DNA of 64,000 nucleotides, taken from assembly GCA_018401695.1 (NCBI GenBank), contig JAGYKD010000004.1:30014-94013 (forward strand). The letters are read 5' to 3'. Each line of letters starts with the position of its first letter. Positions within the stretch are counted from its first letter, which is position 1. This document shows, one piece after another, positions 40,153 to 54,758 of the stretch. The notes under the pieces were generated by a model. That model made no database searches and had not been told where the DNA came from. It was given only the letters and a program-made list of their open reading frames with translations. The translations under genes were made by a program, and so were the position numbers. This stretch comes from Flavobacteriales bacterium (GTDB taxonomy: Bacteria > Bacteroidota > Bacteroidia > CAIKAF01).

Positions 40153-41809
40153 TTTAAAGCAATTTAAGACTCCGCATGGTACAACACTTAGGTGTAAAGG
40201 CTGGTTGCAAGAGGCTGCCTTGCGCATGCTGCTGAATAATTTAGATCCGGAGGTTGCCGAGCGACCCGAAGAGCTGATTGTTTATGGCGGTCGTGGAAAG
40301 GCAGCAAGAAATCCCGAGGCTTTTTATAGGATTATTAAGGCTTTGGAGCAACTGGAAGACGACGAAAGTTTGCTTATTCAGTCAGGAAAGCCCGTGGGTA
40401 TTATGAAAACCCATAAAGACGCTCCCCGCGTGCTGATTTCCAATTCCATGCTGGTGCCCAATTGGGCCAATTGGAAGCATTTTGATGCGCTCGACAAAAA
40501 GGGGCTTATGATGTATGGCCAAATGACGGCCGGGTCTTGGATTTATATTGGTAGCCAAGGAATTGTTCAGGGAACCTATGAAACCTATGCGGAATGTGCC
40601 CGGCAGCATTTTGGGGGAAGTTTAAAAGGAACCTTAAACGTTACAGCGGGTCTTGGAGGCATGGGCGGTGCTCAGCCACTGGCCATTACCATGAACGAAG
40701 GGGTTTGCTTGGCGGCTGAAATGGAAGAGTGGAGGATTGACAAGCGTTTGGAAACAAGGTATTTAGATGAGAAGCATTTGGACATAGACCAAGCTATAGA
40801 TCAGGCCTTGGCGTATCGAGCTGCCGGCGAGGCTAAAAGTATTGGAGTGCTTTGCAATGCGGTAGACCTGCTGGAGCGGCTTATAGCGCGGGGGGTAGTG
40901 CCGGAGACCCTTACCGACCAAACCTCGGCCCATGATCCATTGGTAGGCTATTTTCCGGAGCATATGGATGTGGAGGCGGCCAATCGCTTAAGGGAGTCTG
41001 ATCCGGATACTTATATGGAAAAGAGTTTGGATACCATGGCCCATCATGTGCAGTTGATGCTTACCCTTCAAAAGAAAGGATCTGTGGTATTCGATTATGG
41101 CAATAATTTGCGTGGGCAGGCGCACGACCGCCGGGGTGTGGAGCATGCTTTTGACTTTCCCGGTTTTGTGCCGGCCTTTATTCGCCCCTTGTTTTGTCAG
41201 GGCAAAGGTCCTTTTAGGTTTGCTGCTCTGAGTGGAGATCCTGAAGATATTTATGAATTGGACGAAGCCCTAAAACGCCTTTTTCCGGAAGACGAAGGCC
41301 TCATGCGTTGGTTGAGGATGGCTCGGGACCGTATTGCTTTTCAAGGTTTGCCTTCCCGTATTTGTTGGTTGGGCCAAGGAGATCGGCAAAAGGCCGGCTT
41401 GGAGTTCAACCGCTTGGTTAGGGAAGGGAAATTAAAAGCTCCAATTGTTATTGGAAGAGACCATTTGGACACCGGCTCGGTGGCCTCGCCCAATAGAGAA
41501 ACTGAGGCCATGATGGATGGTTCAGATGCGGTGGCCGATTGGCCCATCCTGAATGCTTTGGTTAATACTGCAGGAGGAGCTACTTGGGTAAGTGTGCACC
41601 ATGGCGGTGGCGTAGGGATGGGTTATTCGATTCATGCCGGCATGGTGGTGGTGGCCGACGGAAGCGCCGAGGCAGATGCTCGTTTAAAACGTGTTTTGCA
41701 TAATGACCCAGGCATGGGTGTAATACGTCATGCCGATGCTGGTTATACTTTGGCCAAAGAAACCGCAATGCAAAACGGCTTGGATTTGGAGGACCGGTTA
41801 AATGGCTGA
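40121..41809 (+). CDS. hutU: Urocanate hydratase
   Basis: [32 protein letters not shown]. Confidence 0.98.
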   Translation: MEQVNQKETIDLKQFKTPHGTTLRCKGWLQEAALRMLLNNLDPEVAERPEELIVYGGRGKAARNPEAFYRIIKALEQLEDDESLLIQSGKPVGIMKTHKDAPRVLISNSMLVPNWANWKHFDALDKKGLMMYGQMTAGSWIYIGSQGIVQGTYETYAECARQHFGGSLKGTLNVTAGLGGMGGAQPLAITMNEGVCLAAEMEEWRIDKRLETRYLDEKHLDIDQAIDQALAYRAAGEAKSIGVLCNAVDLLERLIARGVVPETLTDQTSAHDPLVGYFPEHMDVEAANRLRESDPDTYMEKSLDTMAHHVQLMLTLQKKGSVVFDYGNNLRGQAHDRRGVEHAFDFPGFVPAFIRPLFCQGKGPFRFAALSGDPEDIYELDEALKRLFPEDEGLMRWLRMARDRIAFQGLPSRICWLGQGDRQKAGLEFNRLVREGKLKAPIVIGRDHLDTGSVASPNRETEAMMDGSDAVADWPILNALVNTAGGATWVSVHHGGGVGMGYSIHAGMVVVADGSAEADARLKRVLHNDPGMGVIRHADAGYTLAKETAMQNGLDLEDRLNG

Positions 41810-42494
41810 GGCAGCAAAAGTTGTTTTGGTGACCGGCGTAGGCAAGGGGATTGGCTATGCATTGGCCAAGAATTTGCTAAACAGAGGACATAAAGTGGTG
41901 GGCATTTCACGCAATTTAAGTGCTTGGGAGAGTGCGCCACCGGGATTTTATGGCTTGGCCCTTGATTTGCTTAAGGGTGCTGCTCCCAGGGCTATTGAAG
42001 AGTTCCTTAGCTCCAAAGAGCTTGTGCTGGACGGATTGGTGCACAATGCAGGAATGCTCACCATGGCTTCCCTGGAAGATTTGCAAACAGAGGATTTTGA
42101 GCGAATGATGCGCTTGCATGTAACCGTGCCTTTGCTGCTTACCCAATCCTTATTGCCCAGGTTAGGCAAGGGCAGTCATGTGGTATTGGTAGGGAGTATG
42201 TCGGGATATACAGGCGCCAAAAAGTACAGGGGTTTGTCGGCATACGGAGCAAGCAAGGCAGCTTTAATGTCGTTTGCGGAAACTTGGTCGGTGGACTTAT
42301 TGGATAGGAACATACAGGTGAATGCTCTGGCTCTTGGAGCGTGCGAAACCGATATGTTGCGGATTGCATTTCCGGATTCGGAAGTTGGAATGTCTGTAGA
42401 TGCCTTGGGAAAATGGATGGCTTCTTTTGTTTTGGAGGGCCATACCTGCATAAATGGCCGGCTTATACCGGTAGCTTTGTTGGATCCCCTGTGA
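41802..42494 (+). CDS. SDR family oxidoreductase
   Basis: [17 protein letters not shown]. Confidence 0.92.
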   Translation: MAEAAKVVLVTGVGKGIGYALAKNLLNRGHKVVGISRNLSAWESAPPGFYGLALDLLKGAAPRAIEEFLSSKELVLDGLVHNAGMLTMASLEDLQTEDFERMMRLHVTVPLLLTQSLLPRLGKGSHVVLVGSMSGYTGAKKYRGLSAYGASKAALMSFAETWSVDLLDRNIQVNALALGACETDMLRIAFPDSEVGMSVDALGKWMASFVLEGHTCINGRLIPVALLDPL

Positions 42495-42587
42495 GCGTAA
42501 ACTATTTTTTCTGTCTGTTTTTCAGAGACTTGTGTGCTATGTTGGCAGAAAGTTGCTTATAACTTTTGGAGGCTTAAAGGAAGCTTG

Positions 42588-42675
42588 TATGTTTGCGCTC
42601 CCAATCGGGAACATGTTCTTAGAGGCGAAAAAAAATGCAGAATTATTGCTTTTTAAATTTAAGTGATTATCTTTG
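42588..42675 (+). promoter_or_regulatory. Tandem rRNA promoters (Bacteroidota -7 boxes)
   Basis: TATGTTTG at 42588 and TATCTTTG at 42668; boxA-like GATCTTTGAC near 42719. Confidence 0.65.
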
Positions 42676-42822
42676 CACCCGCCAAAAAGATGAACCAAGT
42701 GTTTTTTGATTGGCCTACGATCTTTGACTTAATTGACATAAACAAGCAAGCATCGAAAGATTAATTTTCGGAAGGGAATTAATAAACCGATAGCTCACTC
42801 TGAGTGAGATTCATTCATTTTG

Positions 42823-44342
<1,520 letters not shown>

Positions 44343-44474
44343 TAGAGAAAGGGTTTAGATTCTTGTAGGAGAATTAGTTGAATAGATGTTTGCTTGTGTC
44401 AATTATATATAAGCTTACCGCAGCAAGCCTTAGAAACGGGCAAGAGAAGCCGGTTGGAGCTGAGGCGGGCAACT

Positions 44475-44548
44475 AGTCCCGTAGCTCAGGTGGTTAGAGC
44501 GCTACACTGATAATGTAGAGGTCCGCAGTTCAAGTCTGCGCGGGACTA
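44475..44548 (+). tRNA. tRNA-Ile (GAT)
   Basis: AGTCCCGTAGCTCAG...CTACACT-GAT-AATGTAG...GTTCAAG...CGGGACTA. Confidence 0.96.
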
Positions 44549-44551
44549 CTT

Positions 44552-44628
44552 GGGGGGTTAGCTCAGCTGGCTAGAGCGCCTGCTTTGCAAGCAGGAGGTC
44601 ATCGGTTCGACTCCGATACTCTCCACCA
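44552..44628 (+). tRNA. tRNA-Ala (TGC)
   Basis: GGGGGGTTAGCTCAG...CCTGCTT-TGC-AAGCAGG...CTCTCCACCA. Confidence 0.96.
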
Positions 44629-44866
44629 AATAAAGAAGGAAGCGGTAAGCGCAACCAACAACAAACCGACCGTTGGGGTCTTAAGGAGGGTTCGACTCCC
44701 TTGGGTTTGTCGACAGGACATGTTTTTGTGAGAAAAGACAGGAAGAGGTTCTGAAGGTTCTTTGACATGCTGAAAGAGAAAAAGCAAAATTCCCTAATTA
44801 TAAATTAGAGAAGCGACTACAAAGTAACCGAATGCTCAATAACAATTGAACATTCACAAATTTAAT

Positions 44867-47735
<2,869 letters not shown>

Positions 47736-47806
47736 AGGTAGCAACTTTTCTAATCTATACCACGGAGTTTTGTGGATCTCTTTCAGCATATCTTATTTAG
47801 CAGTTT

Positions 47807-47916
47807 ATGGCGATTATAGCGGCGGTGTGCACCTCTTCCCTTTCCGAACAGAGAAGTTAAGCCCGCCAGCGCAGATGGTACTGGGGTAACACCCGGGAGA
47901 GTATGTCGTCGCCCCT
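47807..47916 (+). rRNA. rrf: 5S rRNA
   Basis: GGCGATTATAGC...CCGAACAGAGAAGTTAAGC...GATGGTACTG...GGGAGAGTA.GTCGTCGCC. Confidence 0.97.
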
Positions 47917-47920
47917 TTCT

Positions 47921-47955
47921 AAAAAGGCCACAGGTTCCCTGTGGCCTTTTTTTTT
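47921..47955 (+). terminator. rRNA operon terminator
   Basis: AAAAAGGCCACAGG-TTC-CCTGTGGCCTTTTTTTT. Confidence 0.88.
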
Positions 47956-47957
47956 GA

Positions 47958-48034
47958 CCCGTCTTTACCCCTTCCATCGCAGCCTACAAAGACGGGAAGC
48001 ATCCCATCAGAGACGGGAGGCATCCCGTCTTTAC
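47958..48034 (-). repeat. REP-like copies (GTAAAGACGGGA family)
   Basis: GAGACGGGAGGCATCCCGTCTTTAC plus partial copies. Confidence 0.8.
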
Positions 48035-48038
48035 GTTA

Positions 48039-49637
48039 TTATTCATCATTCCCTGCGTATCCATACACCAAAAACGGCCCATGAACCTTCCAAAGCACCC
48101 AACCCGGATACCAAATCTCCTTTAGCGGCCGATCCATTCTTGTTATAATCAAAACATCATGGCTGTAAGGCAATTTCCCTCGAAACCTATGCTTCGGAGT
48201 CCATGCGTTGAACCAAAAATGGGCATAGGTTTTGTACCCCACAGGTACTACCAATTTTTGATGGTTTGCTGCTTCTTTAAAAATGGTTTGGGCGGCTCCT
48301 TGACTGTGCGCCTGAATTTTTGGCAATACAATTCCATTTACCAACCATAAAACCAAGGGTATAAGCATCGATAGACCCCTCACCTTGCGCTTCAATTGTT
48401 GGCTTGGAATTCGATTCCACCAAAGCAATCCCAATGCAAAGACTACACCGGGTATAAAGATGTGCCAATTCCAATCAACCGAAAGTTGCAAGGATGCGCT
48501 TGCGTATTGATCTAAAGGGATATAAGGCATCCAATGGTACCTCAACATTCCTGCAAGGGGTATCAATAACAGTAAGCCGGCAAAAATCCATAGCCCCATA
48601 CCTTGCACTTTATTGGTTTTAAACCAAGGAGCAGCACTTAAGGTTAAGGTCTGCGAAGTATTTAACTTATACCAAGCCAATCCACTTAGTGGTACCCAAC
48701 ACATGCTGGAATAGTGCACAATTTTTGTGCTTACCAAACTAAACACGATAAGTACCATCCAAAAACAGCTTTGCAACCAAGCTTCAGGGCCCGGCTGCCG
48801 ACGCGTTTTCCACAACTCGGGAAATGCCCAAAGAGAAAAAGGAAAGCAGCCAAGAAACACCACCAAGGGGTGGTAATAGAAGGGTTGTTCATGCCCTGCA
48901 ACGGGCTCTTTCAATAACTCCCATTGGTAAGCAATAAAGGACCGAATAAACCAAGTACCATGATTTAGGGTTTCCGGAACATACCAAACCGAGCTTACCA
49001 ACAAAAAGGCAAGCAGCGCAAATGGCGCATATTGCAGCAGTTTAAGGCGCAACTCTTTATGCCTAAAAAACATCCATAAAGCCGTAAGCCCCGGAAGAAG
49101 TAAACCCACCGGGCCTTTGGTTAAAACAGCTAATCCGGCCCAAAGGCCTGCTTCCAATCCCGTTTTAATATGGTTGGAGGCAGGTTTGGCTAGCCTCAAT
49201 ATGCACAATAGCATAAAGAAATTAAACCAAGGGTCGATTATTCCTGACCTAAAGTACAAAAAAGGTAGCCAAGCGCAGCAAAGTACCATGGGCCATGGAA
49301 TGCTGTGGCTGTGGGGTAGCCATTGCCTTTGAAACCGGTTCAAATAGGCCAGGCAAAGAAAACCACAAAGGGCATTCGGAAGGCGTGCCGCCATCGGAGA
49401 AATGCCGAAAAGTTTCATGTGCAATGCCTGCAACCAAATAAATAAAGGAGGCTTTTCCCAAAAGGGTTCATAACCCACCTGTACCCGCTCCCAAGTGCCG
49501 CTAAGAATCATTTCGCGGGCGGATTCTCCAAAGTTAAGCTCATCCCAATCGAACAATTCCACCCAACCAAGTCCGGTAAAGAGCAGAATTCCCATAACCA
49601 ACCACCACTTCCAAGAAATTTGCCCGGATTGGTTCAT
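48039..49637 (-). CDS. ArnT/GT39-type membrane glycosyltransferase
   Basis: DWDE.NF.E.AREM, FWEKPPLF.W, ARLP, LTKGP. Confidence 0.9.
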   Translation of the reverse strand: MNQSGQISWKWWLVMGILLFTGLGWVELFDWDELNFGESAREMILSGTWERVQVGYEPFWEKPPLFIWLQALHMKLFGISPMAARLPNALCGFLCLAYLNRFQRQWLPHSHSIPWPMVLCCAWLPFLYFRSGIIDPWFNFFMLLCILRLAKPASNHIKTGLEAGLWAGLAVLTKGPVGLLLPGLTALWMFFRHKELRLKLLQYAPFALLAFLLVSSVWYVPETLNHGTWFIRSFIAYQWELLKEPVAGHEQPFYYHPLVVFLGCFPFSLWAFPELWKTRRQPGPEAWLQSCFWMVLIVFSLVSTKIVHYSSMCWVPLSGLAWYKLNTSQTLTLSAAPWFKTNKVQGMGLWIFAGLLLLIPLAGMLRYHWMPYIPLDQYASASLQLSVDWNWHIFIPGVVFALGLLWWNRIPSQQLKRKVRGLSMLIPLVLWLVNGIVLPKIQAHSQGAAQTIFKEAANHQKLVVPVGYKTYAHFWFNAWTPKHRFRGKLPYSHDVLIITRMDRPLKEIWYPGWVLWKVHGPFLVYGYAGNDE

Positions 49638-50377
49638 GTGGTCAAAATTTTCAATCGAATCCATTTCCATTTATGGAGTCGATAGGCCAAGGCAAACCAA
49701 CTTACCCCCAGGCCATAACGAAGGCTTCGTTTAAAATTAATGGAGGAAGCTTCTGCAAAATACCTGGTAGGACAGGTTATTTCTGCAATTTCATAACCTG
49801 CCCAGGCAATTTGTAAAATCATTTGGTTATCGAAAACAAAGTCGTTGGAGTTTTTTTCGAATGGAATCTTTTCCAACACCTCACGGCTGTAGGCCCGGTA
49901 TCCGGTATGGTATTCCGACAGTTTCAAACCCATCATAAGATTCTGGAAAAAACTCAAACCCCTATTGGCTACGTATTTATAAAAAGGCATGCCACCCTTA
50001 AGCGCTCCGGTGCCTAAAATTCGCGAACCAAACACAACGCCATACAATCCGGAATGCAACAAATGAACCATGGGCGAAATCAATTCCGGTGCATATTGGT
50101 AATCCGGATGAAGCATCACCACATAGTCGGCGCCACTTTCCAAGGCCGCCCGGTAGCAGGTTTTTTGATTCCCTCCATACCCAAGGTTTTGGTTGTGCAA
50201 AAGCACTTGGTGTATCCCCAATTCCCTAGCCAAATGAATGGTATTGTCTTGGCTGGCATCGTCGGTAAGTATTACTTCATCCACCAACGGTTTTGGAATC
50301 GCTTCCCAGGTCGCTTTAAGCGTTTTTTCGGCGTTGTAGGCCGGCATAACCACAACCACCTTTTTCCCTTCAATCAT
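49634..50377 (-). CDS. GT2 polyprenol-phosphate glycosyltransferase
   Basis: MPAYNA, DDAS.D, GYGGNQK, HPDYQY, GSR, EYHTGYRAY. Confidence 0.93.
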   Translation of the reverse strand: MIEGKKVVVVMPAYNAEKTLKATWEAIPKPLVDEVILTDDASQDNTIHLARELGIHQVLLHNQNLGYGGNQKTCYRAALESGADYVVMLHPDYQYAPELISPMVHLLHSGLYGVVFGSRILGTGALKGGMPFYKYVANRGLSFFQNLMMGLKLSEYHTGYRAYSREVLEKIPFEKNSNDFVFDNQMILQIAWAGYEIAEITCPTRYFAEASSINFKRSLRYGLGVSWFALAYRLHKWKWIRLKILTT

Positions 50378-51588
50378 TGTTTACGCAGATGTTTCCATGT
50401 CCACCACATTCCTATACTTAAAACGAATATTAGAAAGCCGCCGATTCTTCGCTTCCAGGTTAAACTTAGCGATGTGGAAACCCAAGAAAGCTTCGGAATT
50501 CCTTTTTCGTCGGTTTTTATTAATGGATTTAGCCAGTACCTATCTTCATTTTTCATCCCAACTTCCAACCTTAGGTATCCCTGTTGTGGTAGAACAAATG
50601 AAACCTCATCAATAGATGGGTCAAACCTTTCCAGCTGCAAAACGCTTCCACCTTGGCCATAGGCAATGATTTCGTGCCAGCCTGTGGGTGGTTTAAAATA
50701 GGCGGTATCTCCATTCAGCCGAATGCACCATTGGAAACCCTCTGCTTTCAACCCATCCCAGCCCCCATGATCGGTGGCCTCATGAGGTTTATAACCTACC
50801 GCATGCCCTGCTTCAAGATGTGCATATAACGTAGGAACTTCCCGACTAAATGGAACCAGGGTGGCCACAAATCCGGGTTCTTTAGGGTTCTGCAAATCGT
50901 GCGCATCGTCGTTGAACAGAAGAAAGGCAGGTCTACCGGCAGATAAGCAGCTGTCCCAATGCACCAAACTGTTGGTCATGGTACTGCGCAACTCCATGAG
51001 TCGAAACCCCGTGAGTAGAGTAAAATCTGAAGGTTCAAAACCTCCTCCTTTGGATGGATGGGCCAGGCATAAAACCTCGCATTGCCCCTGCAATCTTTGG
51101 GTCTTCCATTGACGGACATGAATGTCTTGCCAAAGGGGCCAGTCCACCCAATCTACTCCTTGTTTAGGCCCGAGCAGCACATGATGCACTTTATAGACAT
51201 TGTATCCGTGTTCGTAACAGGGAACTTGAACCAAACTTTTGCCCGATTGAATGGCTCGTATGGACATATAATCGGAAATTCCTAAGAATCCGTACCCTTT
51301 GCCCTCGTACCAGGTGCGAATGGCTTCCGGGTGGTTATTACGCCCATTGGTAAGCCCGCCCCAAGTGCGGCTTTGGATTTGAAAATTCGATTTTACCCAA
51401 GCTCCACCAAGGCTGTCAGGATACGGATTATACCACGATTTACCTGAAAATACTTTAGCGGGAGGAAAAGAATAGCCCGGAACCAAAATCCATTGCAAGG
51501 CCTGATACAGCAAGAGGATCTGAACCAAAACCATGGCAACGAAAAGGAGCTTCTTAATCCAAAACATGGCCAATGCTAACCAATTCAT
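50374..51588 (-). CDS. Membrane-anchored PHP-like domain protein
   Basis: W.K.NF, ISDY, YEHGY, LAHP, NDDAH. Confidence 0.65.
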   Translation of the reverse strand: MNWLALAMFWIKKLLFVAMVLVQILLLYQALQWILVPGYSFPPAKVFSGKSWYNPYPDSLGGAWVKSNFQIQSRTWGGLTNGRNNHPEAIRTWYEGKGYGFLGISDYMSIRAIQSGKSLVQVPCYEHGYNVYKVHHVLLGPKQGVDWVDWPLWQDIHVRQWKTQRLQGQCEVLCLAHPSKGGGFEPSDFTLLTGFRLMELRSTMTNSLVHWDSCLSAGRPAFLLFNDDAHDLQNPKEPGFVATLVPFSREVPTLYAHLEAGHAVGYKPHEATDHGGWDGLKAEGFQWCIRLNGDTAYFKPPTGWHEIIAYGQGGSVLQLERFDPSIDEVSFVLPQQGYLRLEVGMKNEDRYWLNPLIKTDEKGIPKLSWVSTSLSLTWKRRIGGFLIFVLSIGMWWTWKHLRKQ

Positions 51589-51626
51589 GTTTTCTCAACG
51601 AGACCGTAGGGTTAAGAAACTGCTTA

Positions 51627-51774
51627 TTGGGCGCCAATTCAGTCTCCGCCTCCAAATCCTCGTCCCGGCGGCGTGCCCGGCTAGCCTTAGGCTGTTTTCC
51701 GCAAAGCTCCAAAAGCCTAAACCAAGCCGGGCATGCCGCCGGGCCTCCGGGTTTTCCGGCTCCGCCTGGGCGCA
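51627..51774 (+). repeat. GC-rich long-hairpin element (E9)
   Basis: TTGGGCGCC..CAGTCTCCG...CCCGGCGGCGTGCCCGGC/GCCGGGCATGCCGCCGGG...CCGCCTGGGCGCA. Confidence 0.8.
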
Positions 51775-51871
51775 AGGTTACCTTAACCTAACAATTCCTA
51801 AGTAAGAAAATCATGGACTTTTGTTTCCCTGTGTAGCCCTTGGCCGCTACCTTCGTCTAAATTCTTTGCAC

Positions 51872-53029
51872 ATGCACAACCTTAAGGTATTTATTATATT
51901 GGCACTACTTGCAGCCAAAGCTTTTGGCCAAACCGGAGGGGTTGGAATTAATCCCAACGGAACGCCCCCCGATCCTTCGGCCGGTTTAGACGTGCAGTTT
52001 ACCGATAAAGGTTTCTTAGGGCCCAGGCTTTCTCAAACCCAAAGGAATGCCATTCAAAACCCTGCCAATGGCTTGGTTATCTATAATACAACCAGTGGCT
52101 GCATGGAGGTTTTTCTACCTCAAGGTGGTTGGCGTGCCTATGCTTGCGATTGCCCGCCCCCTCAAGGAAGTTTGATCCAAAATCCGGGAACCATTTATGC
52201 AGGTGGTACTGCAAGTTTTTCATCCTCCATTCAAGGAACCTTTTATTCCTGGAATTTTGCCTCGGCTAACCCCTCTTCCTCGAGTGGAGCCGGCGCCAAT
52301 GTAGTTTGGAGCACTGCGGGTAGCTACCAGGTTACGCTGCTTGTAGACTCCGCAGGTTGCCAATTTTCCGATACTTTACAGGTAACCGTAATTCCACCAT
52401 TACGCAACTGCTTGGATATTTTAACCAATAATCCAAATGCCCAAGACGGAACGTATTTTATTGACCCCGACCAAAGTGGGCCCATACAGCCTTTTAGTTG
52501 CTATTGCGATATGACCCGCGATGGAGGTGGTTGGACCCTGGTTTTACGCGACAATAGGGACGGAAGCATGGTATTTAACAATACCAACAACATTGGCAAT
52601 ACCCAAGATTTGGCGCAGCTAAGCGGTACTTCGGCAAAATACCCCGACAATATCATTAATGCCCTCCGAAGCTTTACCGACAACCGCATTACTTACCGCA
52701 GCAATAACGAGAATTTTGTGTTCAACTATTTTCATCCGGGCGTATGTGCTTATGCCCATGATTCCTCAAACCCAAGCCAGTGCATGCGTTACAGGTCTTC
52801 TTGGACCACTTCTACAAGTCCCTCTTACATCCAATGCTCCGGTTGGGGTGGAAACGGTGGCGGAATAAATTGTTGGTATGGCTGCAATGGTATAGGAAAT
52901 TATACCAATGTTACCATCAGCCATCGCGGTTACAGCGAGGTTACCGGAATTACCAGCAATACCAACGGCAACAGCCTCGGTGGCTCTAGCACTCAATACA
53001 ATCAAAAATTTTACCTCTGGGTGAGGTAA
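51872..53029 (+). CDS. Secreted protein with PKD-like and fibrinogen-like (YCDxxxxGGGW) domains, paralog 1
   Basis: GVGIN...PSAGLDV..TDKGFL.PRL, PKD-like WNF/Y.V.L, RNC..I...DG.Y.IDPD...YCDM...GGGWTLV. Confidence 0.85.
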   Translation: MHNLKVFIILALLAAKAFGQTGGVGINPNGTPPDPSAGLDVQFTDKGFLGPRLSQTQRNAIQNPANGLVIYNTTSGCMEVFLPQGGWRAYACDCPPPQGSLIQNPGTIYAGGTASFSSSIQGTFYSWNFASANPSSSSGAGANVVWSTAGSYQVTLLVDSAGCQFSDTLQVTVIPPLRNCLDILTNNPNAQDGTYFIDPDQSGPIQPFSCYCDMTRDGGGWTLVLRDNRDGSMVFNNTNNIGNTQDLAQLSGTSAKYPDNIINALRSFTDNRITYRSNNENFVFNYFHPGVCAYAHDSSNPSQCMRYRSSWTTSTSPSYIQCSGWGGNGGGINCWYGCNGIGNYTNVTISHRGYSEVTGITSNTNGNSLGGSSTQYNQKFYLWVR

Positions 53030-53044
53030 TAAAAGCTTTTTCTC

Positions 53045-54205
53045 ATGAAACTACGCCTCTTATTTATTGCGCTTAGCATTTGCGCCGGAAGTCTATCTGC
53101 TCAAGGTGTGGGCATCAATGCCAACGGAAACCCTCCCGACCCCTCAGCAGGATTGGATGTTCAATTTACCGATAAAGGGTTTTTGCCGCCACGTTTGACC
53201 ACAGTTCAGCGCAACGCCATTCAAAATCCGGCAACCGCACTTACTATTTATAATACCTCCACTGGTTGTTTGGAAACTTTTATGCCTCAAGCAGGATGGA
53301 GGCAAGTAAGTTGCGATTGTCCCCCGGCTCCTGCTAACCTGTTTTCTTTTCCTTCCCCTATTAATGCCGGTGCCGCCGCTTCTTTTAGCTCCCTTGTACA
53401 AGGAACTTTTTACTCTTGGTCTTTTGCCTCTGGAACCCCAAACAGCTCCAGCAGTGCATCGGCCTCGGTGGTTTGGTCCGGTGCCGGCAACCATCAGGTG
53501 ATTTTGGTGGTAGATTCTGCAGGCTGCACCTACACCGACACGGCTACCGTGACGGTTAGCCCAACCCCAAGAAACTGTTTGGAGATTTTAAATAACAACC
53601 CGGGGGCTCAAAGCGGAACCTATACCATTGATCCAGACCAAGGGGGCCCCATTCCTCCTTTTTCTTGCTATTGCGACATGAGCAACGATGGAGGAGGTTG
53701 GACCTTAGTAGCCCGCGACAACCGCGATGGTGTTTATCAAGACGAAGTTTCGGGATCTTTTGGAAACACAGCCGGTTTAGCTCAATTGACCGGAACTTCT
53801 GCCAAGTATGCCGACAATGTCATCAACGCCATCCGTAGCTTTACGGACGCAAGAATCGGTTACCGGACCAACAATGAGAACTTCCAATTCCGGTATTTCC
53901 ACCCGGCCCAATGCACCTACCAACACAATTCCAACAACAACAGCTTCAACGTCTCCGAATGCATGCGGTTTACCCCTTCCTGGACTACTTCAACCAGTCC
54001 AAGTTATGTGCAATGCACCAACTGGGGCGGTAACGGGGCCGGAATCAATTGTTGGTACGGGTGCAATGGAGGCGGCTATACCAACGTAACCATTAGCCAC
54101 CGGGGCTACTCTGAGATAACCGGCATTACCAACAATCCAAGCGGTAACTCCCAAGGTAGTCCAAGCACTACCTACAATCAAAAATTTTATTTGTGGGTGC
54201 GGTAA
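53045..54205 (+). CDS. Secreted protein with PKD-like and fibrinogen-like domains, paralog 2
   Basis: Collinear with paralog 1, identical C-terminus YNQKFYLWVR. Confidence 0.87.
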   Translation: MKLRLLFIALSICAGSLSAQGVGINANGNPPDPSAGLDVQFTDKGFLPPRLTTVQRNAIQNPATALTIYNTSTGCLETFMPQAGWRQVSCDCPPAPANLFSFPSPINAGAAASFSSLVQGTFYSWSFASGTPNSSSSASASVVWSGAGNHQVILVVDSAGCTYTDTATVTVSPTPRNCLEILNNNPGAQSGTYTIDPDQGGPIPPFSCYCDMSNDGGGWTLVARDNRDGVYQDEVSGSFGNTAGLAQLTGTSAKYADNVINAIRSFTDARIGYRTNNENFQFRYFHPAQCTYQHNSNNNSFNVSECMRFTPSWTTSTSPSYVQCTNWGGNGAGINCWYGCNGGGYTNVTISHRGYSEITGITNNPSGNSQGSPSTTYNQKFYLWVR

Positions 54206-54207
54206 AG

Positions 54208-54537
54208 CGAGGTGGAATGCCCCGTCTTTACGGGGCTTATACTATGGAGCTTAGGGAGACGGGAGGCATCCCGTCTTTACTACGTGGCTTATCCTGGGGA
54301 GGGTAGAGAGATGGGAGGCATCCGGTCTTTACTACGTGGCTTATCCTGGGGAGGGTAGAGAGACGGGAGGCATCCGGTCTTTACTACGTGGCTTATCCTG
54401 GGGAGGGTAGGGAGATGGGAAGCATCCCGTCTTTACTACGTGGCTTATCCTGGGGAGGGTAGAGAGACGAGAGGCATCCCGTCTTTACGTGTATTATCCT
54501 GGAGAGGGTGGGGAGACGGAAGGCATCCCGTCTTTAC
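54208..54537 (-). repeat. REP-like tandem array, ~52-bp period, 6 copies plus 1 degenerate
   Basis: GAGACGGGAGGCATCCCGTCTTTAC ending at 54280, 54332, 54384, 54436, 54488, 54537. Confidence 0.9.
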
Positions 54538-54570
54538 TTGCCGGATCTTATATAGACTGTATTACGGAAA

Positions 54571-54745
54571 GTGGCCCCCGGGCTTGAGTGGAAGACCCCG
54601 GCAGCTAAGGGCGGTGATTTGCCCCGTGAAGGCGTGTGGAGCTTTGCGGAACGCCGCCTGAACGGATGGCAAATCCGACCTTAGGGGCTGAGGCTGAAAC
54701 GGAAGCCCATACGGAGCTTAATCGCTTTTGGAACCGGGGCCCAAA
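54571..54745 (-). repeat. GC-rich long-hairpin element (E10)
   Basis: TTTGGGCCCC...CCGGGGGCCAC ends; AGCTTTGCGGAA core shared with E3/E9. Confidence 0.7.
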
Positions 54746-54758
54746 TGCCTTATTTTTC

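Noticed and set aside
54208-54537. CRISPR array
   Set aside because: Linkers are identical copies; REP-like hairpin; no cas genes
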